64,000 nt of DNA from Dehalococcoidia bacterium. Its GTDB lineage: Bacteria > Chloroflexota > Dehalococcoidia > Plut-88900. Position 1 is the stretch's first letter, and every line of letters begins with the position of its first letter. The notes below the pieces were generated by a model, which worked only from the letters and a program-made list of their open reading frames with translations, had not been told where the DNA came from and did not search any database. The translations under genes were made by a program, and so were the position numbers. Of this stretch, positions 1 to 8,550 are shown piece after piece. Location: assembly GCA_965197585.1 (NCBI GenBank), contig OZ240215.1:2944001-3008000 (forward strand), in the 5' to 3' direction.

Positions 1-142
1 GCAAAGGTCTCATTGAGGGAGAGGGGACAGGACACTCCCCACCCCCATTCCGCTCTTGAGACCCTTCGACCCGGCTCAGGGCGAGCGGATCCCTGCCCCT
101 GGATTCCCGATCGGAGTCGGGAATGACGGAGGTTGGAGTCTA

Positions 143-928
143 CTATTCTAGGCCTTTGCGGAGGTCCTGGAACATGGTCTCGGCGAGGCCGGTGACATCC
201 GGGAGGGAAGAGTGGGCGGTGACGTCGTTCTGGAGGGGAGTGATGGAGATGTAGTCGTTGGAGACGGCCCAGATGTCGGTGCCGGGCTGAATGGTCCAGT
301 TGGGGCGGGAACGGTTGATCCAGTAGTAGAGGCGTCGGGGGTCATTGCCCTCCTCGACGACCTCAGTGTAGGAGCCGTCGGCGAGGCAGGTGACCTTTAC
401 GCCCTTCAACTGGGCCAGGGGCTTGTTGGGGACGTTGACGTTGATGAGGGCTCGGGGCGGGAGCTTGCCGTCCCGGGCCTTGGCGGCGATGAGGTAGGCC
501 ATGCGGGCCGCGACCGAGAAGTGAACGTCGTACAGAGCAGTGACGGAGACTGCGAGGGAGGGGATGCCTCGGAAGAAGCCGTGCAATGCCGCCCCGACGG
601 TGCCTGAAACGAAGACGTCGTTCCCCAGGTTGGAACCCGTGTTGATGCCGGAGACGAGCAGGTCTATCTTCCCTTCGACCAGCTTCTCGGTGGCAAGTAT
701 CACGCTGTCGCCGGGTGTGCCCTCGACAGCGTAGGACTTGATGCCCTCCCGGCTGAACATGGTCGGGGCCATGCGTACGGCGTGGTGCAGGGTCACGGAG
801 CTCCCGACGCCGCTCTGCTGCCTGTCGGGGGCGACGACTACCACCTCGCCTATCTCTTTAAGGCTATCGGCGAGGGCCCAGAGGCCGGGGGAGGATATGC
901 CGTCATCGTTGGTGACCAGTATCTTCAA
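143..928 (-). CDS. surE: 5'/3'-nucleotidase SurE
   Basis: ILVTNDDG, VAPDRQQSG, GTPGDSV and SGINTGSNLG motifs. Start moved to the TTG at 928, which follows a GGAG SD. Confidence 0.95.
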   Translation of the reverse strand: MKILVTNDDGISSPGLWALADSLKEIGEVVVVAPDRQQSGVGSSVTLHHAVRMAPTMFSREGIKSYAVEGTPGDSVILATEKLVEGKIDLLVSGINTGSNLGNDVFVSGTVGAALHGFFRGIPSLAVSVTALYDVHFSVAARMAYLIAAKARDGKLPPRALINVNVPNKPLAQLKGVKVTCLADGSYTEVVEEGNDPRRLYYWINRSRPNWTIQPGTDIWAVSNDYISITPLQNDVTAHSSLPDVTGLAETMFQDLRKGLE

Positions 929-1097
929 GGTCAGGGGTGCTCCGTGTTTGGGGGGTGGGGAATGCGGGGAGATTTTAGCATAGTGGGGGGTGGGGTTTGG
1001 ACGGACGAGACGGATTGGCGGTGCGTGGGCCCCCCGCTCGACCCTTCGACGGGGCTCAGGATGAGCGGCCCATCTGCCCCAGGGACGGCAACCACGA

Positions 1098-1231
1098 GGA
1101 GCTTGTCTCAAAAGTCGCACCACGCCCCACTTCTCGCTTTTTTACGACTTGGATTCGTGCCTACGGCACCCGTCGCACTGGTCAAGAATATCCAATCGGG
1201 CTGTGTTTAATGGCCTTATGAGACAGGCTCC
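1098..1231. repeat. small MITE/REP-like element with 13-bp terminal inverted repeats
   Basis: ggagcttgtctca (1098-1110) and tgagacaggctcc (1219-1231). The left end recurs at 22436-22457. Confidence 0.55.
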
Positions 1232-1269
1232 GAGGGTTTGCCCCTACAGGGGAGGGATGAATAGACAGA

Positions 1270-2106
1270 TCAGATGGAGAGGGGGAGGTTGTCTATGAGG
1301 CGGGTCTTGCCTATTTGGACGGCGAGGAGGGCGAGGGTCCCGTCCTGTACGGTGGTGAGGTCTTCGAGGGTGTCGGGGTGGGCGATGGTTGCGTAGTCGA
1401 GGCGGGCGAGGGGTTCCTGGTTGATGATGCGGGCCATCTCGGCCTTGATGTCGGGGCAGGAGAGAGTGCCCTCGCGGCAGAGGGACTGTGCGGTGTCGAG
1501 GGCCTTCCAGAGGACGGTTGCGGCCCGGCGCTGGTCGGGGTCAAGATAGACGTTTCTGCTGCTGATGGCCAGGCCGTCGGGCTCACGGACGGTCGGGACG
1601 CCGACCACTTCCAGGTCGAAATCGAGGTCTCGGGCCATGCGCTTGATGATGACGAGCTGCTGGGCGTCCTTCTGCCCGAAGTAGGCCCTGTCCGGCTTGA
1701 CGATATGGAATAGCTTGGCCACGACTGTCGCCACCCCGACGAAATGTCCGGGCCTCGAAGCGCCCTCGTGGAGGTTGGCGATAGGGCCGGGGTCAACCTT
1801 GGTCTCGGCGCCCGGCCGGTACATCTCGTCAGGCGTGGGAGTGAAGACCAGGCTGACGCCGGCAGCTTCGAGCATGCTTAGGTCGCGGTCTAGGTCCCGG
1901 GGGTAGGAGGTGAAATCCTCGCCGGCACCGAACTGGGTTGGGTTGACGAAGATGGAGGCGGCTACGATGTCATTCTCGGCGGCGGCGCGCTCGACGAGGG
2001 CCATGTGTCCCCGGTGGAGGTAGCCCATGGTCGGGACGAGGCCGAGGGTGCCGGGGGTTGAGGCCCGGGATGTTCTGAATGCGGTGATGGTGTCCAGGAC
2101 CTGCAT
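1270..2106 (-). CDS. panC: pantoate--beta-alanine ligase
   Basis: VPTMGYLHRGH, SIFVNPTQF, YFGQKDAQQ, GLAISSRN and RLIDN motifs. Confidence 0.97.
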   Translation of the reverse strand: MQVLDTITAFRTSRASTPGTLGLVPTMGYLHRGHMALVERAAAENDIVAASIFVNPTQFGAGEDFTSYPRDLDRDLSMLEAAGVSLVFTPTPDEMYRPGAETKVDPGPIANLHEGASRPGHFVGVATVVAKLFHIVKPDRAYFGQKDAQQLVIIKRMARDLDFDLEVVGVPTVREPDGLAISSRNVYLDPDQRRAATVLWKALDTAQSLCREGTLSCPDIKAEMARIINQEPLARLDYATIAHPDTLEDLTTVQDGTLALLAVQIGKTRLIDNLPLSI

Positions 2107-2118
2107 ATGCGGGGAGGG

Positions 2119-2955
2119 CTAGGCGTACTGCAGGAGCTCGGAGAGAACGCTGGGATCCATGGTGAAGCTCTGCTTCTCGGTAGGGAAGCTAGACCCTCGG
2201 ACGTCGTCCCGGTAGCGGGCTATGGCGTCGGCGGTGGAGCTGCCGACGGACGCGTAAGTGCGTGCGTGCCTGGGCGTGTAGTCGGGGCAGGTGGCGAGGA
2301 TGTCGTTAATTACCTGGACCTGGCCGTCGCAGTAGACACCGGCGCCGATGCCGATGGTCGGGACGGAGACTCGCTCGGTGATGAGTTGGGCCAGGGGTGC
2401 GGGGACGCATTCGAGGACTATGGAAAAGGCACCGGCGTCCTTGAGGGCCTTGGCGTCCCTGAGAAGCTGGGCCGCCTTCTCGGGGGTCTTGCCCTGGCAG
2501 CGGTAGCCACCGAGCTGGTTCACCGACTGGGGCGTGAGCCCGATGTGGCCCATGACCGGGATGCCGTTCTCGACGATGTGGTGGACGGTGTCGGCGACGG
2601 ACTCCCCACCTTCGAGCTTGACGGTCTGGGCTCCGCCCTCCTGGAGAAGTCTCGCGGCGTTCGTAAGGGCTTCCTTCTTCCCCTGCCGGTAGCTCATGAA
2701 GGGCAAGTCGGAGACGATGAGGGAGCGTTTGGCGCCCCGGGCCACGGCCTTGGTGTGGTGGACCATGTCATCCATGGTGACGAAGACCGTGGACTCGTAG
2801 CCGAGGACGACCATACCAAGGCTATCGCCGACGAGGATCATGGGAATGCCAAGCTCGTCAAGCAGCTTTGCGGTCGGGTAGTCGTAGGCGGTGAGCATGG
2901 GGATCTTCTCGCCGTTACGTTTCATCTTGATGATGGATGCCGTGGTAGTCCGCAT
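2119..2955 (-). CDS. panB: 3-methyl-2-oxobutanoate hydroxymethyltransferase
   Basis: MLTAYD, LVGDSLGM, VKLEGG and GHIGLTPQS motifs. Alternative start at 2976. Confidence 0.97.
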   Translation of the reverse strand: MRTTTASIIKMKRNGEKIPMLTAYDYPTAKLLDELGIPMILVGDSLGMVVLGYESTVFVTMDDMVHHTKAVARGAKRSLIVSDLPFMSYRQGKKEALTNAARLLQEGGAQTVKLEGGESVADTVHHIVENGIPVMGHIGLTPQSVNQLGGYRCQGKTPEKAAQLLRDAKALKDAGAFSIVLECVPAPLAQLITERVSVPTIGIGAGVYCDGQVQVINDILATCPDYTPRHARTYASVGSSTADAIARYRDDVRGSSFPTEKQSFTMDPSVLSELLQYA

Positions 2956-2965
2956 TCGATTCTCC

Positions 2966-3273
2966 TTGCCATGCACCTTGCTACCTACGGGCCAGGGTCT
3001 CCTCCCGGAAAGGAAGGGAGAGAGAGTTGTATCTGAGGGACACCCTCAGACTCCCGGCAAAGGGGCTCTGCCCCTCTGCACACGCCGTATTTCGGTAGGC
3101 TGTCAATACTCCAGGAACCCTTGTCATGCACCTTACTACCTACGGGCCAGGGTCTCCTCCCGGAAAGGAAGGGAGAGAGTTATATCTGAGGGACACCCTC
3201 AGACTCCCGGCAAAGGGGTGGGGCCCCTCTGCACACCCTGTATTTCGGTAGGCTATCAATACTCCGTGAACCC
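2966..3273. repeat. tandem ~155-bp duplication upstream of panB
   Basis: 2966-3120 and 3121-3273 are near-identical (…ctacctacgggccagggtctcctcccggaaaggaagggagag…tctgagggacaccctcagactcccggcaaagggg…caatactcc). Confidence 0.9.
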
Positions 3274-3275
3274 GT

Positions 3276-4250
3276 TTAGACGTTAACCTTCAAATCTGAT
3301 ACTGAGGGGACGCCCCCCAGGCCCGAGGCCTTGACGACGGCTTTGACTATGGCGCTGCTGAGGGCTCGGGCGGCGGCGGCGCCGAAGGGGGTGACGTCGG
3401 GGACGGGGGTGGCTTTGCCGGTGGAGAGGGCGAAGACGACGTCGCCGTCATACATGGTGTGGGCGGGGCGTATGGCCATGGCGAGGCCGTCGTGGGCCAT
3501 CTGGGCGACCTTGTTGGCCTGCTCCTTGGTGAGGGGGGCGTCGGTGGCGACGACGGCCAGCGTTGTGTTGCGCAAGGCCGAGGCCTCTGCGGGGGCAGCC
3601 GCGCTCTCCAATAGATCGACGCTGTCCAGGAAGCCGAGGTTGTCCGCGCCTCGGGGGCCGGCGATGAGGTTGCCGGTCTCGGCGTCTACGATACTGCCAA
3701 GTGCGTTGACTGCGACTAGGGCCCCGACGACGTAATCGCCAACCCGTCGGCTGGAGCAGCCGAGGCCGCCCTTCACAGCACGGTCGGGGCCGAGGGCCTT
3801 GCCGACGGTAGCGCCTGTTCCTGCACCCACGGAGCCCTGGGCGGGGGCCGTTGAGTCGGCGGAGACGCAGGCCTGGTAGCCGTTCTCGGGGCGGGGGCGG
3901 ACGGTGGGGTCGCCGATAGCCAGGTCGAAGAGGATGGCCGAGGCGACTATGGGTACGACACCGACGCCCACGGGATAGCCTATGCCACGCTCTTCGAGGT
4001 AGGTCATGACGCCGTCGGCGGCGGCGAGGCCGTAGGCGCTGCCTCCGCTGAGGACGACGGCATGGGCTTGCTGGACGAGGTTAAGGGGTCGAAGAAGGTC
4101 GGTCTCACGGGTGCCGGGTGCGGCGCCGCGAACGTCGACGCCGCCGACCGCGCCGTCGGGGCAGAGGACTACGGTGCAGCCCGTGACGGCTACGGAGTCG
4201 GTGTAGTGACCGACCTGGAGGCCTGGTACGTCGGTAATCGTGTCGTACAA
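3276..4250 (-). CDS. P1/S58 (DmpA-like) peptidase
   Basis: ITDVPG, GVDVRGAAPGTRETDLL, LSGGSAYGL, NTT and HTMYDGD motifs. TTG start at 4250 is inferred. Confidence 0.9.
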   Translation of the reverse strand: MYDTITDVPGLQVGHYTDSVAVTGCTVVLCPDGAVGGVDVRGAAPGTRETDLLRPLNLVQQAHAVVLSGGSAYGLAAADGVMTYLEERGIGYPVGVGVVPIVASAILFDLAIGDPTVRPRPENGYQACVSADSTAPAQGSVGAGTGATVGKALGPDRAVKGGLGCSSRRVGDYVVGALVAVNALGSIVDAETGNLIAGPRGADNLGFLDSVDLLESAAAPAEASALRNTTLAVVATDAPLTKEQANKVAQMAHDGLAMAIRPAHTMYDGDVVFALSTGKATPVPDVTPFGAAAARALSSAIVKAVVKASGLGGVPSVSDLKVNV

Positions 4251-4251
4251 C

Positions 4252-4390
4252 AAAAACCCTCGCAACCCGACCGCGAGGGTTCGCTATACCTGTATTTTCA
4301 ACCCGGTCCGGCTCTATATGGATGCCGGCCATTGGGTCTATGTATGGCTCGGGGCTGTGATGCTTACCGCCGCTCGCGGTCGGCTGCGGG
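4252..4390 (-). ncRNA. candidate ~140-nt structured sRNA or attenuator leader
   Basis: -10-like TACAAT at 4395-4400. The 5' end gcagccgaccgcgag pairs with ctcgcggtcgggttgc. An alternative terminator hairpin aaccctcgc…gcgagggtt is followed by a T-run. Confidence 0.45.
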
Positions 4391-4464
4391 GGCTATTGTA
4401 GCGGGTGGCGGGGTGGGGTTCAAGCCCGTGGACTCGTTCGGTGGGTTAGTGGCTCGCCGGGCTC

Positions 4465-5112
4465 TTATTCAGTCCTCCTGAGGCGGGTCCTCCATAGGCG
4501 GATGTTCCCCGCCTATGACGGACTTGCAGCATATTCGATTGTGGGGGGGTGGGGTTTGCACTCTCTCTATTGGGTTTTGGGTAGGCGATGGAAGGTCCGG
4601 GACTCGGGCGCGGGGGGCGGGATACGAGCCTGGTTCAGCCCCGTGTTTCTGTGGATACGTGGCAGACAAGCGAGAGGGCCTTCGCTTGAGGGCATCTCTA
4701 CCACCAGTTTTGGCTGACCCACTCGGAGGGGTGGGGAGCACGTTTTCTCGCTGCCGTCGCTGGTTGTATGGGGGTCTCCGAAGGGAACGACGGGGGAGAT
4801 GTTTCCAAGGGCGTAAAGGCCCGAGGTGTTTGGCCCGGCGTGAGCGGGGCTCATTTGGGCAGGGCTCCTTTGAGGGGAGCGTGCCGCTTAAAATTGTGGA
4901 CCATCCATCGCCTTGGAGTCAGGGAAGGGGCACGGGACCCGGTGGGATGAGGAGATGGCGCCGTTTTCCGCCTGAGGCGGACGTACCGGCTTGTGCCGCG
5001 GACCTGCGCGAGGGCCGTTGGGATGGGCTGGGGCGTTGAGTCCTCTGTCGGGTCGGGTGGGCTTCCCTAGGTTTTTGGTTCCTCCTTGGTGAGTTAGGGT
5101 GGTGTTCGAACG
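4465..5112 (-). ncRNA. candidate large ncRNA, copy 1
   Basis: Homologous to the elements at 26.1-26.9 kb and 38.4-39.1 kb. Own promoter; helix 4584-4598/4898-4912; no credible ORF. Confidence 0.6.
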
Positions 5113-5118
5113 GTGAGT

Positions 5119-5147
5119 ATAATAGCACTAATGTTCACATGGGTCAA
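5119..5147 (-). promoter_or_regulatory. sigma70-type promoter of ncRNA copy 1 with LexA-like box
   Basis: TTGACC-17-TATTAT, with GAAC-atta-GTGC abutting the -10. Confidence 0.65.
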
Positions 5148-5174
5148 GGGGTTGGTGTCACACTTGGGAGAGGG

Positions 5175-5430
5175 ACACCGCCCCAGATTCCTCGCGGGGC
5201 ATCGGAATGACACGGGGAAAGGGGATCCGCCCCAGCCCCACAGGGGAACCCTCACCCCCTTAATCCCCCTCTCACGCCACAGGCGCACGCCCAGGCGCAT
5301 CTGCGACATCTTCGACCCTTAGAGCCTTCAAGGGAGAGGGCGAGATAAGAACAGAGGCCCACGTGCGTGCAGAGCACGCACGTGGGCCTCTAGTTCAGTA
5401 CTGGGGGGAAAGGGGATGGATTCCCGATCG
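5175..5430. repeat. composite REP/MITE block
   Basis: Collinear with 26917-27140. Contains aggcgcacgcccaggcgcatc…cgacc (also at 8431-8467) and a perfect 18-bp hairpin at 5353-5391. Confidence 0.75.
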
Positions 5431-5548
5431 GGGCGGGAGGGGGGAGAAGAAGGGCGTAATGGCAAAGGATGAGGTGGTATATGGGCAGGCGTTTTAGATC
5501 CCTCGCGGGGCATCGGGATGGGAAGAGGAGTCGGGGGTGAGGGTTCGG

Positions 5549-5577
5549 TTGACACTCCCATAGCGTGGACTTAACAT
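5549..5577 (+). promoter_or_regulatory. promoter of tRNA cluster
   Basis: TTGACA-17-TAACAT just upstream of tRNA-Val. Confidence 0.7.
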
Positions 5578-5615
5578 TTAGGCTGGTTAAAGGTGCGCCT
5601 TAGGCACTCGAGGCC

Positions 5616-5692
5616 GGGCGGTTAGCTCAGTTGGTTAGAGCGCTTGCTTCACACGCAAGAGGTCACTGGTTCGAGTCCAGTATCGCCCACCA
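5616..5692 (+). tRNA. tRNA-Val(CAC)
   Basis: Cloverleaf, anticodon arm cttgc-tt CAC ac-gcaag, TTCGA, CCA end. Confidence 0.97.
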
Positions 5693-5709
5693 TGAGGGTG
5701 CGGTTAAGG

Positions 5710-5796
5710 GCCGAAGTGGCGGAACGGCAGACGCGCTGCGTTCAGGGCGCAGTGTCCCACGAGGACGTGTGGGTTCAAATCCCACCTTCGGCACCA
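5710..5796 (+). tRNA. tRNA-Leu(CAG)
   Basis: ctgcg-tt CAG gg-cgcag, long variable arm, CCA end. Confidence 0.97.
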
Positions 5797-5858
5797 ACGC
5801 TTGGAAGGTCGGCATCGGCAGTTGAAATAGCGGACGGTAAAGTGTCTGCGACGAAGAT

Positions 5859-5935
5859 GCGCTTGTAGCTCAGTTGGATAGAGCGCTGCCCTGCGGAGGC
5901 AGAGGTCGTGGGTTCGAGCCCCGCCAAGCGCACCA
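5859..5935 (+). tRNA. tRNA-Arg(GCG)
   Basis: ctgcc-ct GCG ga-ggcag, acceptor gcgcttg/caagcgc, CCA end. Confidence 0.95.
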
Positions 5936-5950
5936 TTTCACCCGGGAATG

Positions 5951-6027
5951 GGGCGATTAGCTCAGTTGGTGAGAGCGCTTGCCTTACAAGCAAGAGGTCA
6001 CTGGTTCGAGTCCAGTATCGCCCACCA
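5951..6027 (+). tRNA. tRNA-Val(TAC)
   Basis: cttgc-ct TAC aa-gcaag, CCA end. Confidence 0.97.
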
Positions 6028-6099
6028 GGCCGAACCAGACCTTCTAGGTATAGTATATACACCCCTAAAACCCTATTGTTGAACCGCGAACGGGCAGAA

Positions 6100-6750
6100 A
6101 TGGGATTGCAGATGAGCAAACTGTATTGGACGAAAGGTCCGGCATATGTAAGTGTTTACTGGGCATCACCGCCATCTAAAGACATTGCACTAGAAGTGAT
6201 ACGTATCTTGGAAGAGTTTCGGTCTCAATGTCAGAGACTCTGGTTTGCGTTCGACGGTATGATGAATGGCCGCCCCCTAGCTGTTCAGCGCTTCAAAGAA
6301 ATGAATGGAAAGAGGGACAACAGGCTTTCTGTTGGGAACCAATTTCCTGATCAAGAACAGAGCATTGGGAATTCGACCATCGCCCAGATCAAATTCGGAG
6401 AGCTAGTTGACGCCATGGCTGAGGGCGGTGAGTTCGAACAATTAAATGCAAAGGCATATCTTGTGTTTATCGATGCCATTTGGGAGGACTCAGTGCGTAC
6501 AAGGATTGCGCAAATCCTCGAAGTTGAAGAGCGGGATGTCAAGTGTGATCTCTTGGCTGACCTACGACGTTTGCGAAACCTAGTACTTCACCGCAGTGAG
6601 AAAGCTAAGCAAGATTACTTGGAGAAGGCCACATTGCTGCCTCAGATTTGGGATGTGAATCCCGATGATGTGGTCATTACTACTTCTATGTTACATGCCT
6701 TGGTTGAGCAATTGAATGCAGTGCAAATTCATGTAGGTAAGGCGACTTGA
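6100..6750 (+). CDS. hypothetical protein with HEPN-like RxxxxH motif
   Basis: Low-GC ORF. Contains LRRLRNLVLH. The ORF-track extension over the tRNAs was trimmed. Confidence 0.6.
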   Translation: MGLQMSKLYWTKGPAYVSVYWASPPSKDIALEVIRILEEFRSQCQRLWFAFDGMMNGRPLAVQRFKEMNGKRDNRLSVGNQFPDQEQSIGNSTIAQIKFGELVDAMAEGGEFEQLNAKAYLVFIDAIWEDSVRTRIAQILEVEERDVKCDLLADLRRLRNLVLHRSEKAKQDYLEKATLLPQIWDVNPDDVVITTSMLHALVEQLNAVQIHVGKAT

Positions 6751-6905
6751 AGGCTGCCCGCCGTGTGCCGCCGAGATGGATCACATTTGTCCGAACTGCT
6801 GCGGGGAGACCTCGGAGGGGGTGAGGGGTGGGCATGAAGAGGTCCGATATCTTTTGATAGGCGATTGACTATCCCTTACACGAGTAAATAGAAGAGGATA
6901 TAGCC

Positions 6906-7835
6906 ATGACATGGCATAGAGCTATACCCGACGTCGACTCCTGGCAGCCTGCGGAGGGTAAGGACGACACACTTCGGAATTCGTTAATGGTCACGTGTCA
7001 ACTCGTACAGGCACGTATCGCTGCGCGGGCTGACGCTGAGATTAGGTTCAATATACGGAACTTTGATTCTGGCTCTGCATTGGAAGATATCGTACGCGAA
7101 GAATTGACCGACCTTCTTCCAAATCGCTATGAGGTCTCTGCGGGGGTAATCAACGATCGCATGGGACGCACGGCTGGCGACTGTGATTTGATTGTACGAG
7201 ACCCCAATTGGTCTCCTGTGATCAAAACTGGTGCAACCGGTCAGTCCCGACGGTTTCATTTCCCAATCGAAGGGGTGTATGCAGTAACGGAGATTAAACA
7301 AACTCTCGGGCGCAAAGAATTAGATGCAGCCATGAAAAAGTTAGTTATGGTTGCTAGGCTCGTGCGGCCAGAAAATCCCTACGGACATATAACCGAAAAT
7401 CAACACATTACTGATTTCGATAGGCCAGGTGCTACACTTAATCCCCTCCATACGACAATTTTCGCCACCAGACTTCCAAACCGTACCAAATTCGATGATG
7501 TTGTTAATCGCTTTGCAGAAATCAATGCTAAGCTGAGCCGAAAGGATATGGTGAAGATGCTTTGCGTGTTAGGGCATGGCACAGCTTGGTATTCAGTCGA
7601 GAGTGGTGATCCGTACAATGCGACGTACATGGCTGATGGAAACAGGCAATTAATAATGCAAATTAACCACAAAGAGCCTAAGAACTCTTTCTATCGCTAT
7701 TACGTGGAGATCTTGGGACACCTAACGCGCTCAGTGCTAAGGCTCCACGAAATATCGAACATTTATGGTGAGCCACCACCGCCTAGGGACACTCGATCCT
7801 TCCCAAAAGCTGCATTTAATGCAAACGGAGCATAA
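6906..7835 (+). CDS. DUF6602/NucC-like PD-(D/E)xK endonuclease
   Basis: G.ALEDIVREEL..LLPNRY…DCDLIV.D…PIEGVYAVTEIKQTL pattern, GAGGA SD, low GC. Confidence 0.7.
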   Translation: MTWHRAIPDVDSWQPAEGKDDTLRNSLMVTCQLVQARIAARADAEIRFNIRNFDSGSALEDIVREELTDLLPNRYEVSAGVINDRMGRTAGDCDLIVRDPNWSPVIKTGATGQSRRFHFPIEGVYAVTEIKQTLGRKELDAAMKKLVMVARLVRPENPYGHITENQHITDFDRPGATLNPLHTTIFATRLPNRTKFDDVVNRFAEINAKLSRKDMVKMLCVLGHGTAWYSVESGDPYNATYMADGNRQLIMQINHKEPKNSFYRYYVEILGHLTRSVLRLHEISNIYGEPPPPRDTRSFPKAAFNANGA

Positions 7836-8032
7836 TTGGAGGTGAAGAGTGCTAGGGCCTGTCGCTTTGTGGGGCCAAGAAAAGTTGCTTGATGGGCAGG
7901 CGTTTGAGATTCCTCGCGGAGCCTCGGAATGGGGGGGAACCTTGGGATGATGGGGAAGGGGGGCTTTCGGATGACAGGTGTCGGGGAGGGTGCTATAAAG
8001 GCGGGCGGGGCGCTTAGATAAGGGGAGGGCCA

Positions 8033-8431
8033 ATGGGTGAAGGGAAGATTTTCGACTGGGATGGGGTGGAACCGTTGCCTCCCGACGAGCGGTATCCGGG
8101 GGTAAGGGCAAGGGTGGTGGATGGGAAGAATATGCAGCTGATCTGGGCGGAGTTCCAGCCCGGCAGCTCCTATCCGCTCCACTCCCATGAGCGAGAGCAG
8201 TTCAGCTTCATGCTGAGCGGGCGGATGCGGCTAACGGTGGGGGACCAGGTATCGGAAATCGGGGCGGGGGATATGTGGTATGCGCCGAGCAACGTGGAGC
8301 ACGGGGGCGAAATTTTGGGTGACGAGCCGGTGGTATTTGTCGACGCGTACTCTCCTCCCCGCCCAAAAGCTCAAAGAGGGTGGAGAGCAGATGTCGGGGC
8401 AGTTGGGAATCGGGATAACCCTTCTGCCTGA
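8033..8431 (+). CDS. cupin domain protein
   Basis: PLHSHEREQ…GDMWYAPSNVEHG motifs. Confidence 0.9.
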   Translation: MGEGKIFDWDGVEPLPPDERYPGVRARVVDGKNMQLIWAEFQPGSSYPLHSHEREQFSFMLSGRMRLTVGDQVSEIGAGDMWYAPSNVEHGGEILGDEPVVFVDAYSPPRPKAQRGWRADVGAVGNRDNPSA

Positions 8432-8550
8432 GGCGCACGCCCAGGCGCATCTTCGACATCTCCGACCTTCCGCCTTAGGCGGACTGTAAGCGCGGGGCCT
8501 CGGGATGACAGTAAGTTGAGTCTTGGAATGATAAGTAAAGGGAGTCGGGT

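Noticed and set aside
2107-3036. Long antisense ORFs (also 15882-16943, 17898-18905, 21320-22438, 24276-25616, 32509-33552, 39208-40209)
   Set aside because: Shadow frames of well-supported genes in GC-rich DNA
4584-4598. GGCGATGG as a fluoride riboswitch (crcB is nearby)
   Set aside because: No local TCGCC stem or downstream pseudoknot motif. It pairs at long range instead, and nothing similar lies upstream of crcB.
4469-5128. ORF-track peptides within the ncRNA copies (also 26486-26934 and 38214-38790)
   Set aside because: Low-complexity Pro/Arg/Gly translations, starts and frames not conserved between copies, and no SD-start pairing
5655-6027. Identical tRNA-Val 3' halves as attL/attR
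   Set aside because: Both are complete isoacceptor tRNAs, and no integrase or distal att copy was seen.
5908-6099. N-terminal extension of ORF 5908-6750 and small ORFs at 5631-6119
   Set aside because: They overlap tRNA genes.
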